Both the position numbers and the translations under genes were made by a program. A stretch of DNA of 32,000 nucleotides. Source: Candidatus Saccharimonadota bacterium. Its GTDB lineage: Bacteria > Patescibacteriota > Saccharimonadia > Saccharimonadales > UBA4665. The notes under the pieces were generated by a model. It saw only the letters and a list, made by a program, of their open reading frames with translations, had not been told where the DNA came from and made no database searches. Below are positions 25,486-32,000 of this stretch, piece after piece. Numbering within the stretch: position 1 is the first letter of the stretch; each line of letters starts with the position of its first letter. The stretch covers positions 390,001 through 422,000 of the forward strand of contig CP023991.1 of assembly GCA_003516025.1 (NCBI GenBank). The letters run 5' to 3'.

Positions 25486-25986
25486 CTAAATACGCTCTTC
25501 GGGCGCGACTGAGCCAAGTTCATCGAGCGTACGTGCCAGCTCGGCTGTCGATAATTTGGAACAGTCTATCTTTTTTTGCATGGCCAACAGGTAGCCTTGT
25601 AGTATCCGTTTAAGCCTGAGGGCGTCGGCGCGGCGTAATTTATCAACTATATAAGGCTTTTCCGGGTTAAAGAAACGGCTGCTGATTTTGACCGATCCAA
25701 ACAGGGGGCCGACATGTGCCGTAACGTTGAGGACGTCTTCGATGCGAATGGCGATAACTTCACCAGCTTTAAAAAAATCACGCTGCGTAATGGTAACTTT
25801 AGTACGGTCAACCGTAAGGGTCGTCGGAAACAGCGTCAAGGGAAAACCTGACTCGATACGTACCAGTACATCATGGGAGTCGCCAATGGCTGTCATGAGC
25901 TGGTCCGCGGTTTTTTGCTTGTCTTTGTCGTGGCTATGGGCTAATCGCGGAAATGTCTGCAGCCGTACGTGGCGTTGAGTATTCAT
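25486..25986 (-). CDS. Hypothetical cytoplasmic protein, possibly bacterial PH-like (bPH/DUF304-like) fold
   Basis: A strong AAGGAGGA RBS lies upstream of ATG 25986. The central segment TLTVDRTKVTITQRDFFKAGEVIAIRIEDVLNVTAHVGPLFGSVKI resembles bPH repeats. The family assignment is by eye only. Confidence 0.55.
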   Translation of the reverse strand: MNTQRHVRLQTFPRLAHSHDKDKQKTADQLMTAIGDSHDVLVRIESGFPLTLFPTTLTVDRTKVTITQRDFFKAGEVIAIRIEDVLNVTAHVGPLFGSVKISSRFFNPEKPYIVDKLRRADALRLKRILQGYLLAMQKKIDCSKLSTAELARTLDELGSVAPEERI

Positions 25987-26128
25987 GAGTAGCTATCCTC
26001 CTTGCGCTAAGTCTCGCGCTTGCAACTATAACTATATGAAAACCGTATAGTTCAGGCTGTTAAAAATAGTACTTGTGTTAAATATCATATTCCAGGTGCT
26101 ATTATGAAAGCATAAACAGGATATAAAT

Positions 26129-26359
26129 ATGCTGAAAGCACACAAAAACATTTGGTTCAGAAAAGTCCGGGGCAGTTATTTGCCCAGTTCATGGCAGGGT
26201 ATGGTCCTATACCTGTGGTATGTCGCCTATATAGTGGCGGTGCCACTGGCGTGGTATGACGGCGGGCATACGCTGTGGCGTTTACTGACGGCAGTTGTGC
26301 CGCTGATAACCGCCTCGGCGGTATTGACGCAGTACATCGCCTCCAAGCACGCTAAATAG
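26129..26359 (+). CDS. Hypothetical small two-helix membrane protein (76 aa)
   Basis: An AGGA sits 7 nt upstream of the ATG. There are two hydrophobic helices (MVLYLWYVAYIVAVPLAWY and LLTAVVPLITASAVL). It is the only ORF in this gap. Confidence 0.5.
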   Translation: MLKAHKNIWFRKVRGSYLPSSWQGMVLYLWYVAYIVAVPLAWYDGGHTLWRLLTAVVPLITASAVLTQYIASKHAK

Positions 26360-26381
26360 GTGTATTATGGCCGGTAGCGCA

Positions 26382-27839
26382 TTAATGAGTAGCCACAACC
26401 GGCGCTGCGCCACTATTATTCACACTGTTCTTAATAACTAGGAACGCGACTAGGGAAGCGGCCAAGGCAATGCCCATACCGACGTAGTAGGCGACATGGA
26501 ACCCATGCACGGTGGCATACGGCACTAATTCGGCTGGCGACAGGTTAGGGTTGCTGGGATTTGCCAGCTCACGCTTCATAGCAGAGGCAGAGATGCCGCT
26601 TAATATGGCCAGGCCGAGTGAACCGCCGACCTGCTGTGAGGTGTTAAGCAAGCCCGAAGCCAGCCCGGATTCTCGGGGTGGTACGCCTGAAGTAGCCGCT
26701 ATGGTAGCCGACACGAAACTCATGCCACCGCCAAGACCAAGCAGGATAAATGCCGGCAACAAGTTAGTGAGGTAATTGCCATTAACGGGGGCGTGGGCAA
26801 ATATGAATAACGAGGCGGCGATGAACAAAGGACCGGCTACCATGATTGGTTTATATCCAATACGCTGCACCAGCTTAGGGATGTTAGTAGCAGTAATGGC
26901 GATGGTAATTGGTACGGCCAGGAAACTAAGACCAGTGCGAACCGACGAGTAGCCCAGTACCTGTTGAATATAAAGTGAACCAAAGAAAAAGGACGAGAAC
27001 ATACTGGCCACTACCGGGAAAGTCGTGAGGTTAGCGCCGGTAAGGTTACGGATCTTGAAAATGCTGAGCGGTACCAGAGGCCGCCGCGCGCGCTTTTCAT
27101 TGAAGATGAAGAAAACGAAGAGGGCAATACTTATAGCAAAATAGGCGAGTGTCGAGGGAGCGGTCCAACCATTATTTGGCGCCTCGGTAAGGGCGTACAC
27201 GAGCAGCAGTGTGGCGGCAGTGATTGAAATGGCACCGGGAAGATCGAGGCTGTTATCCTGCTCCTCGGCCTCATGTGTCGGCAGTAAACGCCAGGCGGCG
27301 ACTGCTACCGCTATGGCAATCGGAATGTTAATAAAGAAGTTCCAGCGCCAGCCAAGGTACTCGGTAAGCACGCCGCCCAGCAATACTCCGGCAGCGGCCC
27401 CACCGGCAGCTACGGCTCCCCATACGGCCAGGGCGGTATTGCGTTCATGGCCTTCACGATATGTGATCAGGACGATAGACAGCGCGGCCGGAGACATCAG
27501 CGCGGCCGCCAATCCCTGTACGGCCCGCAGGATAATGAGCATCGGCCCATTAACGGCCAGTCCATCGAGCAAAGACGCGATGCCAAACAGGATAACGCCT
27601 ATCATAAAAACTTTTTTACGGCCAAACAGGTCGGCTGCGCGGCCGCCAAGCAGTAAGAACCCACCGAATGCCAGCGTATAGGCCGTAACGATCCACTGCA
27701 GGCTGGCAGTGTCTATGTCGAAGGCTTTTTGCATTGCTGGCAGGGCGACGTTAACGACGGACGAGTCGAGCACGACCATAAATTGCGCTAGGGCAAGTAT
27801 AACTAAAATTAACCAATGGTTTCGCGCTTTTTCTATCAA
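26382..27839 (-). CDS. MFS transporter, DHA2 (EmrB/QacA, 14-TMS) drug:H+ antiporter family
   Basis: Family-typical N-terminus LALAQFMVVLDSSVVNVALPAMQKAF, motif A-like GGRAADLFGRKK and about 14 hydrophobic segments. TTG start. Confidence 0.9.
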   Translation of the reverse strand: MIEKARNHWLILVILALAQFMVVLDSSVVNVALPAMQKAFDIDTASLQWIVTAYTLAFGGFLLLGGRAADLFGRKKVFMIGVILFGIASLLDGLAVNGPMLIILRAVQGLAAALMSPAALSIVLITYREGHERNTALAVWGAVAAGGAAAGVLLGGVLTEYLGWRWNFFINIPIAIAVAVAAWRLLPTHEAEEQDNSLDLPGAISITAATLLLVYALTEAPNNGWTAPSTLAYFAISIALFVFFIFNEKRARRPLVPLSIFKIRNLTGANLTTFPVVASMFSSFFFGSLYIQQVLGYSSVRTGLSFLAVPITIAITATNIPKLVQRIGYKPIMVAGPLFIAASLFIFAHAPVNGNYLTNLLPAFILLGLGGGMSFVSATIAATSGVPPRESGLASGLLNTSQQVGGSLGLAILSGISASAMKRELANPSNPNLSPAELVPYATVHGFHVAYYVGMGIALAASLVAFLVIKNSVNNSGAAPVVATH

Positions 27840-27968
27840 AATTATAGTTCCTATATTAAGTAAAGTATTGGGTAATGTAGATGATTGTACGTGCTGGATT
27901 CAGCGGAGTCAAACGTAATGTTGCCTACTTCTTGTGAGTAATGTGCGGCTATGTCATAATCGTCTCCA

Positions 27969-28895
27969 ATGTCCGTAGAAACTCCGTCTGGTGTGTATGA
28001 TCGCATTGTGCTGGCTTATAACCCCCAAAGCCGGCATGCCGATGAAACTGAACGACAACAGGCGGTCGCCGGTGAGATTGGTTTACCGGTAGAGTTAGTA
28101 CAAACCGAGCCGGGTGTCCAGGCTATGCGGTCACTGCTCGACGAAGTGCTCGAGCCGCGTGACGTGCTGGTTGTCTGGGGCGGCGACGGCGGCGGGAGCA
28201 CGGCCGCCCAAGCCATGCTGGGAAAAGAACAACCCGTAGTGCTGCTTCCTGGCGGTAATGCCAATGACAGTTACGTAATGGTGAACGGCGCTAAAACGCT
28301 GCCGGACATTATCCGGACGGGCCGGCTCATTAATTTGCGGCCTTTGGAAGTCGGTGCGCGCACCGCGGACTTGGGAGAGATGGAGCGCCGGGCCATAGGT
28401 TACTTCAGTATTGGTGCCGCTGCAAACGCGAGCCGGATCATAGACCAGTGGAAGCTGCGGCCTCCGTCCGGAATTCGACCGCCGCGGATCGTACGGGAGG
28501 CAAAGGTGTGTCTCGACGCGCTTGCCACCGGGCCGCTTTTTAGTATGGCAACCGACGCTGCTTCTGAGCCGATTCAAGCGAGTGACCGGACATTCGCGCG
28601 CGGAAATATCATGGCAAAACTGGGCCGGACGCATGCCAACTTGGCTGAACCGGTTTTTGAAGATGTAACTACCATAGCGCGTGGTTATGGTGATGCCGTA
28701 CGGCTGATGGCCAAACTTGGCAGAGGCAGCTTAAAGGGGGTTATGCGCGAGGCGGTACAGTTTTGTGTCTTTTCCGAAGATGGTACGCCCCTGTCTGTCC
28801 AGTATGACGGTGAATATGACACAGTGGAGTCGGGCAGTGAATTGACTGTTACGATATCGCCACGGTCATACAAAACAATTACTACTCGGTTGTAA
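27969..28895 (+). CDS. Diacylglycerol-kinase catalytic-domain family protein (YegS/LCB5-like lipid kinase fold)
   Basis: VLVVWGGDGGGSTAAQAML is a variant of the GGDGT nucleotide-binding motif. LLPGGNANDSY corresponds to the PxGTxNDF motif. An extended -10 TGtCATAAT (27952-27960) lies 8 nt upstream of the ATG. Confidence 0.7.
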   Translation: MSVETPSGVYDRIVLAYNPQSRHADETERQQAVAGEIGLPVELVQTEPGVQAMRSLLDEVLEPRDVLVVWGGDGGGSTAAQAMLGKEQPVVLLPGGNANDSYVMVNGAKTLPDIIRTGRLINLRPLEVGARTADLGEMERRAIGYFSIGAAANASRIIDQWKLRPPSGIRPPRIVREAKVCLDALATGPLFSMATDAASEPIQASDRTFARGNIMAKLGRTHANLAEPVFEDVTTIARGYGDAVRLMAKLGRGSLKGVMREAVQFCVFSEDGTPLSVQYDGEYDTVESGSELTVTISPRSYKTITTRL

Positions 28896-29304
28896 TCTTT
28901 CGGGACTTTAAGAACAGTACAAGCCGCAGCCTGGCTTTTAGGTAGTGTATGCTCGCGAGCTTACGTTGATTCGCTACCCATCGCTCAAATAACAATGATC
29001 CGTAGGGCGGAATGCTGCACAGGCCGGCAAAAACGGTTTTTACGAGTCCCCAACCGAGACTTGGCGACAGCAGCAAGACGGCAAGGACGTAGAGCATGAA
29101 AAAGCCGCCATGCAGCCTGCCGGCTAACTGTACACCGACTTCGTTGCCGTGCAGTACAAAGTCACGCAAAATGATACCGATAATCAGCAGCGTCCAACCA
29201 ATAGCTTCAGCGAAAGCGCCAATTTTAAATAATAGCCAAGCCTCATGCTCGGTGAAAGGTTTCCAGGACCGGTAGGCGCCGTATAATTTAACGAGAATCC
29301 GCAT
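28882..29304 (-). CDS. DUF3817-like four-helix membrane protein
   Basis: The family-like motifs GRLHGGFFMLYV and CSIPPYGSLLFERW are present, with four hydrophobic helices. Its 3' end overlaps the convergent kinase-fold gene by 14 nt. Confidence 0.65.
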   Translation of the reverse strand: MRILVKLYGAYRSWKPFTEHEAWLLFKIGAFAEAIGWTLLIIGIILRDFVLHGNEVGVQLAGRLHGGFFMLYVLAVLLLSPSLGWGLVKTVFAGLCSIPPYGSLLFERWVANQRKLASIHYLKARLRLVLFLKSRKITTE

Positions 29305-29332
29305 ATGCTATAAGTAGCATAACAAATTGTAC

Positions 29333-29947
29333 TTACGGGCTGCCAGTAATATAGCGTCTCGGATTAGCGGGCACATTATTATTGCGTATTTCGAAATGTA
29401 AATGGGGTCCGGTCGAGGCGCCGGTACTGCCTTCAGTGCCAATAGCGTCACCAGCCCGGACTTGCTGTCCCATAAACACCTGGATGGTCGATAGGTGCGC
29501 GTACCACGATGTCAGGCCGTTACCATGGTCGATGACCACATGGTTGCCGTAACTGACCGAGGAGCGGATAACCGTCGTAACTGTACCGCTTTGAAAGGCG
29601 GCGACCTGGCTTTTGCCTGAGCGCTGTCCGGTAGAGATATCTATGCCGGTGTGACGGCTCTGGTAGGGATAATCTGATGCTCCAAAATTCGTGGTGACCA
29701 TGCCGTGTAACGGCCATACTGGCGTGACCATGACCGGTCCCGTTGACTGGTTGGGCAAGGCACGCCGGGCGGGTTCAGGGTAGGGCACTATGGAAGATTG
29801 AGGCGTGGACGATAACGCTTCGACATGCGGGGTGTACGCGGCGGAAATGTGCGTTAATCCGGTCATCAGTAAGACCATAACCGCGTAAAATCCGGCCCAC
29901 CACCGAAGGCCATATTGCTGTATGAGGTACATTACTTTCGTAGACAT
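29333..29947 (-). CDS. M23 family metallopeptidase with N-terminal membrane anchor
   Basis: HxxxD motif (RHTGIDIS), HxH motif (GSTGASTGPHLHFEI), and anchor LRWWAGFYAVMVLLMTGL. Confidence 0.85.
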   Translation of the reverse strand: MSTKVMYLIQQYGLRWWAGFYAVMVLLMTGLTHISAAYTPHVEALSSTPQSSIVPYPEPARRALPNQSTGPVMVTPVWPLHGMVTTNFGASDYPYQSRHTGIDISTGQRSGKSQVAAFQSGTVTTVIRSSVSYGNHVVIDHGNGLTSWYAHLSTIQVFMGQQVRAGDAIGTEGSTGASTGPHLHFEIRNNNVPANPRRYITGSP

Positions 29948-30032
29948 AATATGTGAGCGCCCACCACATTGGATCAGTATCTATACCATATCATATTCAC
30001 ACCAAAAGTAATAATCGATGGTATAGGTAAGT

Positions 30033-30911
30033 TTATTTTGCGATTTTGCGCAGTACCACCATGCCGCGTCGTACCTGTTCGGCAAAGTAGGGTTTGCCCA
30101 CGCCGGGTTGTATCATATGGGCTTCGACAATAGGACGTACCCGTTCGTCAACAGTCCGCCGCCATACGTGATGCATATGCGGTGGTATGCCGGTGCGGTT
30201 AGCACTGAGTTTGACTGACATCAGGAAGTCGTCAATCCGATCACTGGTAATACGCGCGTCACAGAACTGTATAACGCTGCGGTCGATAACTTCCAGGTCA
30301 CCTACACCGGCAACAATATGGTCGATGTCTTCTAAATAACAGTTTTCAGCCGGCGGTTTGAGAGGTGGTTCCGCATAGCCGTGCTCTTCGTTGAACCATT
30401 CGGCGACCATGCGTTCGAATGTATGGCGCCATACGGCATGTTCGCGGCTGTTAGTGCTGATTATTAGCAGACCGTCCGGCTCGACAACCCGTTTCATCTC
30501 TCCCAGCATGGCGCTAACTTCAGAAGACCGGAACAGCACGTTATGGCCGCTGGCGACCTTCACGGCATTATCCGGTAGCGGCATGGATTCGCCGCGGCTA
30601 TGAACAAACGAAAAGCGGCTTTGATCAAGCCATGGCGGCATGTAAGACTGGTACGCCTCATCATCGCTGTCAAGGCCAATAAGATGTGATGGCACCTCAG
30701 TTGCCTGGGCAGATTCAATTACAAAACGGCCGCTGCTGCAGCCGACATCAAGCACGGCATCCTGTGGGGTCAGGTCTGCATACTGCCGGGCTTTTTTAAA
30801 ACCTTCCAAATAAAAGTCGACGCCCAGCTCGGCAAAATCATTAATTTCCCGCCTTAGAACCATATCAAAGTATGAGTCGGGTTTCTCGACGGGTATTTTC
30901 TCCAAGGCCAT
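30033..30911 (-). CDS. Class I SAM-dependent methyltransferase
   Basis: Motif I VLDVGCSSGRF, a post-I acidic residue (LIGLDSD), and motif II/III-like VASGHNVLFR...PDGLLIIS. The substrate cannot be inferred. Confidence 0.8.
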   Translation of the reverse strand: MALEKIPVEKPDSYFDMVLRREINDFAELGVDFYLEGFKKARQYADLTPQDAVLDVGCSSGRFVIESAQATEVPSHLIGLDSDDEAYQSYMPPWLDQSRFSFVHSRGESMPLPDNAVKVASGHNVLFRSSEVSAMLGEMKRVVEPDGLLIISTNSREHAVWRHTFERMVAEWFNEEHGYAEPPLKPPAENCYLEDIDHIVAGVGDLEVIDRSVIQFCDARITSDRIDDFLMSVKLSANRTGIPPHMHHVWRRTVDERVRPIVEAHMIQPGVGKPYFAEQVRRGMVVLRKIAK

Positions 30912-30951
30912 ATAAAATATAGTACAACACTTTTTGCAAACACTGTACTAT

Positions 30952-31626
30952 ATGGGTATGACTCCAGTGCCACGCTCGCCATATCTGTATGCTTTAATGG
31001 AGCAGGGTTTGGTGCGACACCATAGCAAGGGTGCTACATTTACCTCGACCGACGAAGGCGGGGAAGTAATTATGGTCGTTGACGGTTACGTTAAGCGCTA
31101 CTCGATCTTTAACGACGGTTCAACTGCTACTCAAATTATGTATGGTCCCCAAGATGTGTTTCCGCTTACCCGCGTGTTTGATAATCTGCGCCAGCTCAGT
31201 CTGCACGATGGGCCGCAAACGTTTTACTACGAAACGCTTACCGACGCGCACGTTCTTAATACGTCACTCGATGAGCTGAGACAGGTCACCCTAAACAATC
31301 CGTTGGTATACCGCGACTTGTTCACCGAGGCCGGACACCACCTTAAGTGGTGTGTGCATACCATTGAAAACATTGGTTTCAAAACGACCTATCAGCGGGT
31401 AGCTCATCAAATATTGTACTTCGCCCGTGAATTCGGCACGTCTCACGGCCAATCGGTTGTTATTGACGTGCCACTGACCCATCAAGACATTTCCGATATG
31501 CTTGGGACAACCAGGGCTACAATTTCTTTAGCGATTACAAAGCTGAAAAAGGATGGTTTACTCGACGAGGGCAGGACGCTGATGGTTACGGATCTAGTAA
31601 AACTTACCGAAGCTGTTTACGCCTAG
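30952..31626 (+). CDS. Crp/Fnr family transcriptional regulator
   Basis: N-terminal cNMP-binding-like beta-barrel (VVDGYVKRYSIFNDGSTATQIMYGPQDVFPL) and C-terminal HTH (LTHQDISDMLGTTRATISLAITKLKKDGLL). The ORF opens with TTG at 30934. ATG 30952 or ATG 30958 is more likely; 30958 is exactly 7 nt after TACTAT at 30946-30951. Confidence 0.85.
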   Translation: MGMTPVPRSPYLYALMEQGLVRHHSKGATFTSTDEGGEVIMVVDGYVKRYSIFNDGSTATQIMYGPQDVFPLTRVFDNLRQLSLHDGPQTFYYETLTDAHVLNTSLDELRQVTLNNPLVYRDLFTEAGHHLKWCVHTIENIGFKTTYQRVAHQILYFAREFGTSHGQSVVIDVPLTHQDISDMLGTTRATISLAITKLKKDGLLDEGRTLMVTDLVKLTEAVYA

Positions 31627-31741
31627 CAGCTATTGTTCGAATTCGAACTGCGTCTATAGTATTTTAATGACAAAATGACCATATCCCGACATAGGCGGAT
31701 TTTTTTATAATCGCAAGGGAACATTTTACAGTAAGGCCGCT

Positions 31742-32000
31742 ATGATCAGTAATCCAACCACGCCAGCATTGTCAGCCTTTTTTCATAATGGCGATGTCCG
31801 GACCGTTAAACAGGGACAAACGATAGTTATCACCGAGCAGGACATGGGTCAGATGTTCTATATCGATCAGGGTTATTTTAAGGCAAGTATAGTGCATAAA
31901 GATGGCCAAAAGAACGTCCTTAACATCCTCGACGCCGGCTGTTTTTTTCCACTGCCGGATCTCGAATCAATCTGGAAAAATATGACATTGAGTTACGAAG
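31742..32000 (+). CDS. Second Crp/Fnr-like regulator, N-terminal fragment (3' end outside window)
   Basis: The frame is open from ATG 31742 to the window edge: MISNPTTPALSAFFHNGDVRTVKQGQTIVITEQDMGQMFYIDQGYFKASIVHKDGQKNVLNILDAGCFFPL. It shares the pattern GYxKxxxxxxDGxxxxxxxxxxxxxFPL with the upstream paralog. TATAAT lies at 31706-31711. Confidence 0.6.
   Translation, partial: MISNPTTPALSAFFHNGDVRTVKQGQTIVITEQDMGQMFYIDQGYFKASIVHKDGQKNVLNILDAGCFFPLPDLESIWKNMTLSYE

Noticed and set aside
29951-29970. CRP-like site TGTGA-N6-ACCAC overlapping the M23 peptidase start region, and a 9-bp inverted repeat CTATACCAT/ATGGTATAG (29981-29989 / 30018-30026)
   Set aside because: The right half-site is a poor match to TCACA. 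The 9-bp arms are separated by 28 nt of AT-rich sequence with no U-run, so neither operator nor terminator function can be supported from sequence alone.
1-32000. CRISPR arrays, transposons, integrases, prophage genes and alternative genetic code (UGA recoding)
   Set aside because: No spaced direct-repeat arrays or mobile-element proteins were seen on either strand. TGA functions as a genuine stop (for example 5448-5450 and 19711-19713), and conserved proteins are intact under the standard code.

Overview
This window is a compact, mostly housekeeping chromosomal segment of a small-genome bacterium, with about 40 tightly packed genes on both strands. The gene content, the charged tails on core proteins and the minimal intergenic space resemble Saccharibacteria/Patescibacteria, but that taxonomic guess is inference only. 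All coordinates, spacer lengths and hairpins were counted by hand and no folding or database search was run.

Recognisable genes:
- Transcription and RNA: rpoD-like primary sigma factor, nusB, rnc, a KH-domain protein, trmD.
- Translation: leuS, rpsP, tRNA-Ala(GGC), and an rpmF (L32) gene missing from the ORF track.
- Replication: ligA.
- Cell wall: an S11 D-Ala-D-Ala carboxypeptidase, murF, ddl, and two M23 peptidases (one truncated at the window start).
- Membrane and stress: lemA, htpX, a GlsB/YeaQ/YmgE protein, and a nickel superoxide dismutase operon (sodN, sodX, PIG-L deacetylase).
- Signalling and regulation: a CHASE3 histidine kinase flanked by two paralogous stand-alone receiver proteins, and two adjacent Crp/Fnr paralogs.
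- Transport and other: a CPA2 antiporter with an RCK domain, a DHA2 MFS exporter, a DAG-kinase-fold protein, a DUF3817 protein, a NUDIX hydrolase and a SAM methyltransferase.

I found no rRNA, CRISPR array, transposase, integrase or phage gene. I also found no convincing multi-gene novel system such as a defence island.

The most interesting signals are at the regulatory or RNA level:
- -10 boxes sit 5-9 nt upstream of start codons, which suggests widespread leaderless mRNAs.
- A mini-ORF with three consecutive Leu codons lies in the leuS leader.
- Two promoter-plus-terminator units could be small RNAs, one after ligA and one in the slot where rimM normally sits.
- A multi-hairpin region lies upstream of rpoD.
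- The tRNA-Ala appears to replace the near-universal G19:C56 elbow pair with A19:U56.

The NiSOD operon in the normal rplS position and the twin-receiver kinase locus are also notable.
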